From Ophelia neglecta (taxonomy: Eukaryota), in assembly GCA_965285935.1 (NCBI GenBank), contig OZ260664.1, positions 24,862,001 through 24,926,000 of the forward strand: a stretch of DNA of 64,000 nt, given 5' to 3'. The translations under genes were made by a program, and so were the position numbers. Below, in pieces: positions 50,401-64,000 of this stretch (position 1 is the stretch's first letter; each line of letters begins with the position of its first letter). Below the pieces are notes generated by a model. It worked only from the letters and a program-made list of their open reading frames with translations. It did no database searches and was not told the origin of the DNA.

Positions 50401-53400
50401 TATTCAAAGGCCCTAGCTTGTTACTGAAAAAAAGGTGGTTCGAAACGTACAAATATTCAATTACTACACATTACGTCGCTCTGGAGTGGTTGAGTACCAT
50501 AACAATCATGAACCATTACACACACAAATATATATTCCACGTTTTAATGTATCAAAGCAATGTGTATTTGCATAAAAAGTCCTGTCATAACCAGAAAATT
50601 CAACCTACAATACATCAAAAAGTTATGACCATGTACTGAATAGTCAGACATGTTTCGCCCACAACAAAGTAGTAATATTACGATTGATTAACATTTCTGA
50701 AAAGAAAGTGGCACGTCCCTGATAGCGGCAAGAAATAAAATTCAATGTTTTCCATTACGACAGAACATTAAAAGCAGAGAAGAGCCCTTGACACCGGGAC
50801 ATTCTAGATCTCTCCTTCACCTGCGCGTTGATTATATGCTAATAATGGACACTAGGTGGGGATAAAGCATGTCTGCTCTTAGCAGAAGGCACATTTAATG
50901 ATGTTTAAGATATATTTCCATCCCCCAGATTATTCGAAGCTCTGTTCATTGCGATAAACTATGGACTCATGAATTAAAGTGTGGAGTATAAACATTTGAT
51001 TGCTGTTCAAATTGATCCCAATGTCAATTATACTTTGATAAATGTAAGCAATAAAAAATTGTCAAGTGCCGGTGACAGCTCTAGGCTTTTGATAAAGTAA
51101 GACTGTTGGCCTTCTTTCCATGTAACGAGTATAGATAAATAGATACTGAAGAGAAATATATGTATTCAACATGTAATAAAATCCGAAAAGGAATACGAAT
51201 GATATCAAAACAAATAAAAGCCGGGGACAAAAGTATGTTATGTACACCAATGATATGAGGTAGGAATATAAAATTAAAATGAAATCGTCGACAAAGGAGA
51301 TAAACGCTTTCACAAGTTGACACGGGGTCAAAGCACCGAGTTGTCAGGTTATGCATGAATTCGGAAAGTAGCCATATAACTTGTACTCTCAACTGTATAA
51401 GACTGGCTTTTATCTCGGCGAGATATGTATCAATGGGACTGTGAATTTGGACGTTTGTGTAAACAAGGATTCTGTGAGAATCGCCGCGATGATCCCAGTA
51501 AGATCACGAAGTTGATATAAAACTGTCTCCCGCTGGCGAGCCACTTGAAATCATCCCCACTAACCAGCTGTGTCGCGCGATAAATATGAAATATGGCCAC
51601 CCTCCGTGACAGTTGTACAATATCAAAGAACAAAATAATAATTTCTGATCATCTCCCATATCCTGTTCAAATATCATCAAGTGGTGGATGGGTTCTATCT
51701 CCATTGTTTATAGGGTAATTGTGGCTGAAAGTGTCGATATAGATCAAGCAACCGGACAAATGAAATTGTTTGGTCATGAAACTTTAATCCATTCATATCA
51801 ATATTGTTTATTGCGGGTAGATAAAGACGATTGAAAAAGACAATATTGTCATGAATATAACGTATTATAGACTTTGTTTCTCATCAATGGGTCTTGCAAT
51901 CTCGATCGAGGAATGAAGGCCAGCAAAACTAAACGAGTGGTTAGTCTATGGGAAATGGGTCAGGGGAAATACTGGGTCAGGTCGATGGTCACGTGACCAC
52001 GGTAACAGGTCAGCAATGCATGGCCAGTCCACTTGGGTTATTAATTCTCTACTGATATTATATTTGTTGGGTATACTTTTGACAGATAAGTGTATGAATA
52101 AAATTAGGCGAGGTTGAGTGATTTATATATTGACTTTATATTAAATATGACTAGGGCCGTAAAAAGGTTTATATAGGCCTAGGCCTATATGTGGGATAGG
52201 CCTATATATTCTATCAGCATTACAATCTGAGAGCGCTTCATTTTTCTATCTTTGCCCAGTGAGTCGTATGTGCATGTAGAACACAGCATTCAAAGTCACG
52301 TTTTCTTTTAAGGATTTATAATACGATACTACTTAGGGGTGCCCTATATCCAGAGGGCGCTCAGGGCTGTTAACTCGCCTCCCGACACCCCGAGCCTTGC
52401 CCCAGTACCCAATAGAGCCATTGCTGGCATCTATTCTTCTGGGCAGAAGGTTCTGTGGTCGTTCCTGGTTACTCTTTATCGTGTACCTGTTTTATCGAGG
52501 AAGTTATAAAATGACAATGAAAGTGGGCAGGATCATTCTCGAGCTCGGTGCGGGAGATATTAACTTCTGTGACGGACACATTTCTACACATTATCGCAAT
52601 TAAGAGGCGATCGGCGTCCTGTCCCGCCATATTGGGCAGAGAGGTTGCCGCGGAGAAGTCAGCTCCGGTTTTACATTCCCGTGCGGAGCAGTCAAATCCA
52701 ACTCAGCCCAATATCTGCCGACCTGATGTCACTCGGACGGCAGAGAACACCGGGTATTTAAAACGACCTGTGAACGATCACGTCCCCCATCCGCAAAGCA
52801 ATTCAATAAAGTTGACAATTAACAGAGGGTCCTGCTACGAAGCTAAATGGATATAAAGAAGATGGTGGATGGGCTCCAAAGCTCATCTGTTTAATGTCGT
52901 CGGACCATCACTTCGCCCGGTCGGAGTTGTGGCTTTTCATTTACCTTAATGAATGCTTTTCCCAAGAAACACACATGGCAACTAAAACGTCTCCATATAA
53001 GAGAGCCCAAGTGTCAGCAACTAGTTTCGAAAAGACTGGGCTGGGAATGTTGTTAGATGACAAAGAGCCGTAAACTTTTGAAATGAAGTTGGTTTATCAA
53101 GTTATTAACCTTTTGCCAACCGGAAGCACTCTCATAAATAGCCTTGACGAGTTTCTAAAATTTGTATTAGGGTTTCATACAGATTTGTATACATGGGCAA
53201 CGATTTTTTTCGGTTGTATGGCATTTTATCTTTAAGGTCCTTAATTTTGTCTGTTCACTGGCTTAGCCCAAATAACAAAGACCCGTTCACCATGTCACTA
53301 ATGATTAATTGTACATATTTTCTTTGTTTGTTTCTTTATGCTAGGGATATTGCTGATAAATTGATTAATATGGATAGATTCACCAGATGACACAGTCTAC

Positions 53401-56400
53401 ATTTAAATACTGCAGTCACTTATCATCTAAATCGAAAAGGCCAGTGTATTAGCGCACAATATAATTTGCACTTTTTCCAAACAAACCTATCTTTATAAAA
53501 ACCAGGCAAGCATCTGGCAAAGTAAATGCGTTCATGCAAAGGCCATTTCAACGTTATTGAGTCGAGATTGGGGAGTTAACAATAATTGAGTATTTCAGGA
53601 TTTTGACAGTTGCTAATATGTCAAGTTTGCAGAAGGCAGCAGACGAATTCTGGTGATGTTATCACTGGTTATAAGAGAGGTTTACACATCGACAGACGCC
53701 CGAGTTCCACCCAATGATATTGCCTGTGGAATCCGCACAACTGCAATTCCGTCTGGCGTACAAATGAGAAACAGACCGAAGGATGGTGTATTTCGATTTA
53801 TAAGCAATAATTTAACACACCTGGTCTTGTGTCTCCACTTGTAATGCCAGTTGATCAGTTCAAGGCAATAACATAGACATTACCCGATGATTAAGAGATA
53901 TTAAACTAGTGTCAGAATCTACACAGTCGACATAACGGGGCCCCAGTTACTTAGGAATGTGCACCTCGCGACCTTCCCCTCCCCTCCGGTATGGCCGGGA
54001 TGTGTTGTAGAGAGGGAGAACTCCTGTCGACCGAGCTAATCTTACCCGGAGATGTGACCTCATCATCGGGGGTGACCGCAGGCCGACCCTGTGGGTCGGG
54101 GGGTCGTGGGCCGCGCCCTTCACGACCTTCATTGTCCCCAGGCAGGACCTGGTAGCCAACTATACGCCTAGATCTACTGCTCAAAAACCTCATCATGCTC
54201 AACTGGCGGGAAAATTTCCAGCGTGGTAGCCGTTTTCAAAAATAATAGCTCAAACTAGGAAGTTAGGTCCTATTAATAGGAGTTCACTAGCGGACTAAAA
54301 GCTTTTTGTACTACTGAGACAGCCATGTTACAAGGGCTTTACAGTTAGAGCTTCAAAATATCATAGTGTTTAATGCCAGTTGTTTTTTAGTATTTACCGT
54401 TTTGTCCAGTTTGTACAGATAGTACCTAAAGCACATGGATCAGAAACGCGTTGAACTTTTGATACAGGGGACAATAGATAATGTTTTTATAAAGACAACA
54501 CAGCGACACTTCTACATTATACACTTACAGCTTATGTAGGCTTGAAAGTAGGTAATTTTTCGCTTTATTCATTCAGAAACGTATATTGTTATGAAGGATT
54601 CATTTTACTCAGAGTTATTTCTCAAAGTCGTCTGGTGTTGATCTCTTTATTCAAACATTGCTCGACATGCCATGAATTAATCCTAGGTCGGCTTCACTAT
54701 GATAACTAAAATCACCGTTGGAATCACACAACACAGAGATGAGAAAATTACTGCGACATCCATTGAGAAAATGGAGCATTGCTTCATGCTGTTCATTATC
54801 AAGAGCAGACACTGTTCAAAACAAACCCCAATCATTACTATCAGCAATCCTATCAGAGTTCTCTCAATGAGGGGTAAGCAATGTTAATATACTTGAGCTC
54901 AGGGCATAGCACAAGGTATTGAAATCTGGCAAATTAATTGATCCTGTTGCAGTGCCTGTTTAATCTGTCTGTAATGACCGGGGAGAGAGGGCAGGGCGGG
55001 AGATCCAGTGACAGCCATTATCTGATGGTGCCATCGAGAAGGGGTCTCCGGGACCACCTTCTACAAACTCTCCCTTCCGGCTCGCTGTGGGCCGCGGGCC
55101 GCTGTGTGGCGTTTGAGAGAGGCAGGCACAGCGCCACTCGGCTGTCTCCACTTATCACTCGTCTTTTATCGCGAAAGAAATGAAAACATAATAAGAAACA
55201 TGTCACCGAGCACTTGTTCAAATGTGCTCTGAGATAATGGTACAAAATGTCCATTTCTAGCGATCTTTGAGCAATAATTAAGAATGAAGGTCAAACTTGA
55301 GTTACTCAATTCTGTCTCAAAAGACTCGTTGTTTGTTGAGCATTTTTTCTTATAATCTTTATGTTATTTGACATATATTCGATACAAATCGATTCAATAA
55401 TATCTATTTTGCATACAAGAGTATCTTTCTCTTATGTATAATTTATATCTGTACTATCTACATTACTAGATACTATATATATTTTTATATGAATAAAATG
55501 CTATCATATATAAGTATATAACTATATTAAAACAGTTGTACTTGAGTTGATTGTACGTTTAATAGAATATTACTAATGAGAAAGATAACACATTAACACC
55601 AAAAATACACCAACGAGAATACAACTAATGTCTGTGGTGCTAAGCACGTAGTATGTTATTTAAAAGAATTTCTCCGCAGTTCCTATTGTCCTATTGACCG
55701 CGGGCAAATGAGATATCCGCCCGAAAACAGAGCTCGCTGCATTTTTCACTCGATTACAAAATGTTTCAAAGTAAGTGCTAAGATAAAAGATAAAGATTCA
55801 ACCCGATACAAGCAAATCAAAAAGTTATTTCTTACTCAAACACAACTCTTTCTACCTGTTTACCGTCTCGTCCAACTTCTCCAACTCTCCGCAATTGATA
55901 CTACCTAGCTTGTTATAATGATGGCCAGATCAAGCGTATACAATTGATACTGTGCAGCTCGTTATGATAGTGAGCATATTTCGTGGAGACGGTCTATTCA
56001 TTTACCATATTGAGTCAAAGTTCGACAGAGAGACTAATTTGTCATTTCCACCTTTTAATATATGCAATGATAGATTCATCTTCCGAGATGCCGTATACAT
56101 AATGGACCCCTCAACCTTATCTCGCCAATCCAACAAGATTGTTTTGAGTAATGTTCTCCAATCCTTTCATCAGGATTTCTGAGGAGAATATGAAAACTGA
56201 CGCGAATATGATCTACTTGGATTAAGTTACTGATGAAGAGTTGGCGCTGGTTGTGGCTATTCGTCAGAACTTTCGTTGCTAACTGTTACCATTCCGCGGG
56301 AGGTGGCTGTAATAAATTGACACAGAGTTATCAGTCACATGAGAGGTTCCTTAGTTTAGTTCAAAACGCTCAAGCCTCCCAGTCTGATATGAGGAAAATA

Positions 56401-59400
56401 TAAAACTCATAATATGCTCATTAATCAAGTTTAATACTTAGAAAGGGACAGTGTAATCTCATCTCAAATCTCATTCTATTCTCATATCTGGGCTCAATCG
56501 CACACAAAACGATCTCCGTTAATTTTATGCTGCAATCATTTGTAAATAATACTTATGCTTTTGGTCAAAACAGATGTCTGTGGCGATACAGTTACGCAGT
56601 TAATGAAAAAAGTGCATGGAAATAATTGAGGCTACACAGAACTAACAGAGAATGAATATAGGGGTGAGATGGAAATATGCCTCACACGTGTTCTAGAAGT
56701 ATCTGGGATAAGAAACAGTCCATATCTTTTATGACTTTTGGCCGACGAACATACATCTCCAACCAATAATATATGTACTTTGTCACCCAGACTACTGAAG
56801 AAATATATAACTAAGACCCAAAGCTTTCAACAAGTCATGGTAGTTAATGAAAATAATTGTGTATCTGATGAAATGGAGAACCTGAGGGCTGCACAGCCAT
56901 GCATTAAGAACTTATAAACCACAAAAGCAAATACTTCCGTTACCTAAATTGCCCTGTAACCGACGATAAAGCACACAGAAACCAGAAGAGAACCATAACA
57001 ACATTATCTAGCTCCATACACATTGAACTGCAATATTAATTGACCATAATCTTTAATCTTCTTTACTTATCCCTCGCTTTAACAATGTATAAATCGGAAA
57101 GAGTTCACGCGAGGATAATTAAATTTCTATATTGGGCTTAAACTGAGCTAGAACCATATCTTAATAAATATTGTACAGTTTGGGTTATCTTTTCGTAGGA
57201 AGCGTTCAAAATACGCTTCTACTCAGTGTATGTATAAGTGCCATATAAGACATTTCGAGGACTTAGGGGAAATAAGACATTACAAAACCGTGAAGACATG
57301 AATATCTGGATATCTTATAAGTCATTTCATGAGCCTTAATCGGCTATTTGAAGGTGTCAATATTAAAGTTACCCAATGCCCATGCACATTCGGTGGTCAA
57401 TCTTTAGGTAATTTTTTTTAAAATAGTATAAGTACACACATAAATATATGCTTTACTTGTCCAGCTGCATGGGGTTCAAATATTCGAAGGATAAACATTT
57501 TCAGCCCAGGCCAACATCTTATTTTAAAAAATAACCGCTAAATGAGACAAATGAGTAAGGAGCGAATTAAATATATTTCCGGTGTTAATCCAAGTCACCC
57601 GAATGCTTCAACAAGTCACCACTTACAAATGCAGTCGCCCCATGCTATTTAAACGAGGCCTAATAAACAAAGCGCCTCTGGTAACGATTTGATCCTGCGC
57701 TGCCCCGCCACCAAGCAGAGGGCGAGATGTACCAAAACAGTGCATTTTTATTTATCTGCGCCAATTAGAATAACTGCCAATGTTCCATCAGCGTTGTTTG
57801 CAGCTAACACTTATGTACAAAAAGTAGCCAGTAGAAGACTAACGTTGGTCACCCGTAGGCCCAACACTACCAGCCCGGGCGACAGTATCGGCCAAGTACC
57901 AAATGTCGGCCAACAGTTTGTTGTTACATTTTTCCAGGCAATATGTTTTCCATAGAAAAAGAAACACATTATAAAAATATTTTTTTGGCTTTAACTCCTT
58001 TATACAACGCAGAGGAGGCAAACCTAGTCGAAAGACCTATGTCACCATGAAGTACACCGGAAGTGGCGTACAGATAGGGCTGTATAGGCCAATAACTTTC
58101 TCACTCTCGAAAGAAATGGGTGAACGTGTTCAACAACATTTAAATAAGAAGAATGAGTAGAACACAGTTGTTAATATGATAAATGTAGCGGAAAGAATGT
58201 TATTTTTGACATGATTATACGAGTACAGGTCTATAATACCGTTGATGCCCCATCTGGTAATGTTAATGGTTTGGGTGATTTATCTCAAACAAGAGTGCTT
58301 TTTATTTCCATCCGGACTGAGCGAGGGATATTTAGTAGGACTGCTGAATCGCGTCGGTCACAAGACGAGGGCTGAGAAATTACTGCCGCTGACATGATCG
58401 ATTTAACTATCCATCATGGAGAAATTGTAATTTGACGGAACAGACGGCAGCGGCAGCAGACAGGCTCAGCTTTATGCCAAATGAAGTAACGCCTAAACAT
58501 GCAGTGAGAAGAGCGGATTGAATATTGTTTTTTTTTTTTCATCTAGGCCCAACCAGAATGTCTATACAACTACCGGGTAGGGACATTTCTGAGAACTTTC
58601 GGTCGTTAATTCCACGTGTTTTTAAATGTTTCCTGTATTAGGCCTACTGTAGCAATAACAAACAGCAAGATATATACCAATCTGGAAATTATTCAAAGAG
58701 ACTTTTGTAGCTATATTGTGACGATTACTATAATTTGCATATGAATGAAACGATGTAGTGGTATGTTTAGCTGACCATAAGATACACCTAGTTATCTATT
58801 GGTCATGTAACAAGGTTTGTGCCTTCATAACTGGAATTGGTTTACCAATGAGCACGACACACGCGTTTAAACTGACCCTTCTTAATTAATCACTAACGCT
58901 CCCAGCCATACCCGCTGTCGATCAGGTTATTATTCTTCCCTCTTGTCTACTGCTGTTCAATTCTAAATATCTCCTCATATGGAAGGGTAGACAAAACAGT
59001 AAGTCGGTATCTGACGAGAACTAAATGTTTCTTCCTACACATAAATGAGGTAAAATAAAGCAAACAATTACACGCGTGATTCGGTTAGATTGTGAAGTTA
59101 TTAAGCTCATCACGATACAAACACCGTAGCCTACATATATATACGGTGGAATTGATGATTCGAGATTTGTGCTTTGGTTCAAAGTATTCAAACAGGGAAT
59201 ATTTAACTTTCTGATTCACCAGTGGAGAAGAAAAGGACCTGCCAATTTGAATAGGCTACCCAAATATTTACGGTTTGAATGACTTTAATGCTTGACGAAG
59301 CATTTAGGGTCAATTATAAATAACATGTCACTATTAAGTCAAGTCGCCTATTTGATTTGTATTGCTGTTACTGGCCAATTCAATGATTTCCGGATTTCAA

Positions 59401-62400
59401 CAATGGTAGATATTTGAGCCAGTATTCGGTCACTGGTCGAACAAATGACATTCCATACATGGTAACATGGAGGCCAGCAAACATGCATGATTTCTCAACT
59501 GACAACACGCGCCGAATATTAAATTCCGCAATTATATGCACATGTAATATACTTCCAAATAGCAAATCCATCAAACTGCCGAGCAGCACAAACAAGCAAT
59601 TTCCGGATGTATCTGCGGATTGGTGGCTGGCATAAATCCCCCCACCATCGATTTCTTTATGAAGTAAAGCGCTTTTGGAAACGAAGGCTTTCAGAATGTC
59701 GGTTTCATTGTGCCAAAGGAATCGCATAGGGTGCATATATAATCTAGTGGTCGCCTTTTGACAGAAGGGCAACTGATTAGTTTGGAGTTTGACCAATGTC
59801 TCAACGGTCGAACCTGTAATTGTTTTTTTATTTATCTCCTCGGAAATGTCGTCTGGTGATTTACCGCGCTTCTTGCTTGACTGCAGTGCGCACGCGGCTG
59901 TCAGGCATGGATAGCTGCAGGCCACTCATTTTCCACCTGTTGAATTTCGATTCAAAGAAAATTACAATGGTAAATCGGGCGATAAAATAAGATGTCCCCC
60001 CATCAATATAGTCAGGATAGTTGCCACATCTGTGATATCAAAATACCGAGTTTTTTGAATTTGACGTATGGGTGACTGAAGTCTCAAATTAAAATGGGAA
60101 TTTAACATTGGCAATGTCGGACACCATTTGCTTGTTTTAGAACAAACGTCCCAAAGAAGTAATACCTTTGATTTTTAATCTAAGGTCACAACATCCCAAC
60201 GTTAGAAGCTGTTTATCTTTGAAATTCCAACTTGATATACATAAATCTATGTGGGCTTCTCTATAATACTAAATTAAAGCCGAAATAACACAAACAACCC
60301 ATAAATTGCTGATAGTAAAAACAAATCTGAGTTACCTTCACATTTTGAGGCTCTGCAGTCGTACTTTAGTCCTTAAAGAATACAACCATTTTACTGTGAA
60401 TATTTAAGGCTGTAATATTAAAATTCCAATAAAACGCTGCAGAGTTCTATAAATCATATCATCATGGCGTCATATGGGTTTGAAAATTAATCCTGAATGC
60501 CTGTCTCTACGTCCATAAATTTTGCTATGGCTATTGCTGTTGACCAAACATCTCAAAATCGCTCAGACTCCCTGATTCACAAAGCTGGAAAAGTAGTACT
60601 GAAGTAGTGGCATCAGTATTAACAAAACCCATAGGCCAATGGTTGTTACACAAAAACAATCGGTCGATCAAGTGGTTAAGATTCATCCCAATCAACACTC
60701 ACAAATAGCCAGTCATTATTTTCGGTGAAATATCCAGGATTATACACTGACTATAGACTATAGGCTAGCTGTTATGTTAAATGGTGATCTCCATGAACTG
60801 TCTCGGTCTCAGATAAGAAGAGGCGTACAAAGAGTAAAAAATCGTCAGACACCCACGTTCCTTACTCTGCCTGACAAGCAGTTAACATAAAGGTGCGATG
60901 ATCATTAGTAAAACAGCTATATTATATACTACCAAGAAATATCTTACATAGGCTATGTAGCTTGAGCAATAATTATAAGCCTTGCTCATGGCAAGTTATT
61001 GCCTAGATATTGTAATAGTATCATAGCCAGACTACTAAGAAGCGACGCTCTGTCACCCGGGTTGGCTTTGTTATATTACAACAGTGGGCAGATAGTTTAG
61101 ATAAGAGAGGAAATGCATGTATTATTATCACCGGTGATAAACTGTGTCGTATTAGCCTCTTGGATGGTAATCACACCAGTGTAGAATATGTAACAGTATA
61201 ATATAGATTTAGCAAACGATTAAATTGATTGACATCTTCATCTCAACCATGTACTGAACAAAATAGTACCAAACATTTGTAGGACAAGGCTCACAGTTAG
61301 ACATATCTTCTCTCTCACCGATTTCCCCTGGAAACAGCTCGGTTCGGGACACGCCCTGGTTGCTATACAATTGATAAAACCGAGGCGCAGTCCCTGTTTT
61401 TGCGATTCTGAATGGGATAAATACCATTTACAAGTGACGTTTTATAGATAACACATGACCACACTCGCTCTATGGTGTTGTTCCGAATGGAAATATTAGG
61501 AGGAACTGAAAGTCTGGACTAACAACGGCGTGAGCATTATCTAAAACCATCAGTTGTTCCGGTCTTAATTAGGTCAGCCTGCATATAATTTTAGGGCGAT
61601 CTAGTTTGTGTTAAACTTGGGCACTGCTTCAGCAACATGTATCCATGGAATGGCATGGCTGACGCCTATACAATCCGGTCAATGAGACATTTCTATGACA
61701 GTTATAATTATTGTCTTGATGCAATGTCCAGAGACTGTTATGGACTTTTAAAAGGACATGTCAACGGAGGTGCGAAACATCATTTATTTATCCAATGAAT
61801 TATGCCTTATTTGTGGCTTTATCCATTCGAACTACTTTCGCGCGCAAACTTTCACCAAAAAAAGAGGAGAAAGAATTGAACACCTTTGACCTAATTGTTA
61901 AAGAGAGATTCATACTCTTATTTAAAAGAAAAGGTAATCCTAGGTTAAACAATAATGCCATATCTTAAGTTAATAAATAATCTCACCCTTATTAAAAAAA
62001 ATACGCTAAGGTGAATTCAGATGTGCAAAATATTGATAACTAAACTTTTCATTTGATAGAGAGACATTTTAGAGTTTAATAAATGTATGTTGGCACTGTT
62101 GGTATTGTGATAATGCTGAACATTTCTTCCTTGTCCTGTCGAGATATCATAATCTGTACAATGGATATTGCATACCAGTGGCGAGAGGGTCGTTTAGGGT
62201 TTTGTAGAGGATGGGTTTGATACGAACCATTGGCCATCATCTATGGGCTGGCTAATATCATAGCCCTCGGTCAGTTCCGCAGTTCAAATTTTAAAAAATG
62301 GGCTAAAAAAGTCTATGGTAAACCGTTCCCTGTCAAAATAACGCCATTAAGGACAATGGACACTAACAAAGCTTTGTAAGATGTCTACTCGATGATGTGT

Positions 62401-64000
62401 ATTTTGTTCAAACATTAAAAGTTGATCAGAGTTAAGTCGGTGAGAAATTTGAAGAAGCTCAGCGGTTCATCACAAAGTCGAAGACAGCTGTCCTGAAAAC
62501 AGATAAAGTGACCACATAAACCACTAGAAAGGTATGCCTTATTGTATCACTTTACTTGTTATAAGCTAGACATGAAATGCAATTTGTCGTTTTAAACTAA
62601 TTTGGATTAAGTTAACCTATACTTGAATCAATAAGATACATACTATACAATCTGTAGAGGAAGGGAGGAGGGGGGGGGGGGGGGCTGGCTGTTATATGAG
62701 TTCACTCGTTCATTAAGACTATTCATATATGAACATGTATTCAATTTTAGGCCTCTTGTACATCATGACTGACATAAAAAACCATAGACAACGTATTGTA
62801 TGCTATTTAATATCCTAATTATCTAGTTTTATGGCATTTATTTTGTTGGTGAAAGCGCATGCGCAAAAGCCTGCCGATTAATGAAACGGTTTTACTGACA
62901 CTGCCTTTTTCTAATTGGTTTTATGCATATAAGGTCACGCACACACAAAATTGTTTAGTACAGCATCTTCACTAAAACAACTGTTAAAACAGATAATTCA
63001 TTATTCAAATCCAAAGGCAAGACCACACAAGCCATATCTACACTATGGGTGCTGGCTTTTTATATAACAGACTCCATCTGTTGGAGGCAATTCCTTATTT
63101 ACAACGAGGTAGACGCCACCTTTTATCTTTGCACTATTCAGTGTGATGGTAACTTCACAACGCCACTATGTGTAGAGAGGCAAGAATATAGATTTTTCAT
63201 CTGTAGATTGAAACTGTGGGCCGGTGGCCGAGGGGCAGACGTCAGGAAGAGACAGGAAATACACTCTCTCCTCACATTAGATGGGATTATCTCGCTATTT
63301 ATACTGAACAATACGATGACAGCATCATTAATTATCACTTCTTTGATTGCGGGCAAAATCAACGATTTTCATTCATCGCCCGTTTCTGTAGAGGGGATAT
63401 GAAGCCGCTGGAGTGTGCGCGCTGAAGGGCCCAGACTCATCCTTTTCAGAGCAGACGACAATTTCCAATCCGCCTGTTTGAAATGTCATGATTAATTGCG
63501 AATTTCTGGTAATTGTTTTACAAAGGCGGATGCCAGTTCTGGAGTGGCGAAAGGGAAAGGTGGCTATAGGAGAACAAACGCTAATGGTCATTCCGTTTGC
63601 GAGGGCGGCATCAGTCAAATCGGTCTAGGGAAAGAACGCATCATCTCCTCCAAAGGGCACCTGTTTGAGGGACTTCTATCTCTTCCTCCCATCTGCTCTA
63701 TTCAAACTTGCCGTATATTTCACCAGTGCCGCTCGCGGCTATTTGAATCTGCTCGACTCCTTGAGGAATCAATCGCCAACAAAATGGTTCTCATTTTGTA
63801 ATCACTCTTTAAGCCATGATCAATGACATTTCCCCCCATAACCAACTTTTCATTATTTTCCTCACTAAGGTACAATCTGTTTTTTAATGTTTCATAGATA
63901 ACTTAAATTAATATTGAAAGAAACAAAGAACCTGATTCTATGACAAATTTTGAATTATGATCAAACGATACATAATATTTTTTTTTGTTTTGTATGTTTC

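Noticed and set aside
59380-59925. 181-aa minus-strand ORF upstream of dac
   Set aside because: Non-ATG start, no motif I recognise and no supporting exon chain. A homology search would settle it.
1-64000. CRISPR array, operon, rRNA/tRNA gene or intact transposase
   Set aside because: No repeat-spacer periodicity, long ORFs or complete RNA-gene structures were seen. The window is a spliced animal locus.

Overview
Eukaryotic (animal) genomic DNA, AT-rich, containing one complete protein-coding gene: dachshund (dac/DACH, Ski/Sno/Dac family) on the minus strand. From GT-AG sites and phase continuity I assembled 9 coding exons (45172->556; 1725 nt, 574 aa). Exon 1 carries the N-terminal DD1/DACHbox-N and exons 6-8 carry the DD2/DACHbox-C coiled coil. 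Intron 1 is 24.5 kb. A GC-box/CRE/CCAAT promoter lies at about 45420-45760, followed by about 18 kb of upstream DNA with no recognisable gene. The protein looks spiralian/lophotrochozoan (inference from remembered orthologues). No prokaryotic system, CRISPR array or intact transposase is visible. The best leads are: frame-preserving micro-exon candidates at the DD1 boundary and inside the DD2 coiled coil; an alternative acceptor giving a frame-shifted Cys/His-rich C-terminus; a possible non-AUG or spliced N-terminal extension; tandem CtBP-type motifs; and an excess of TA-flanked palindromes (TAGGCCTA, TACATGTA) resembling chained transposon excision footprints. All of these are candidates read by eye and need RNA-seq or comparative confirmation.
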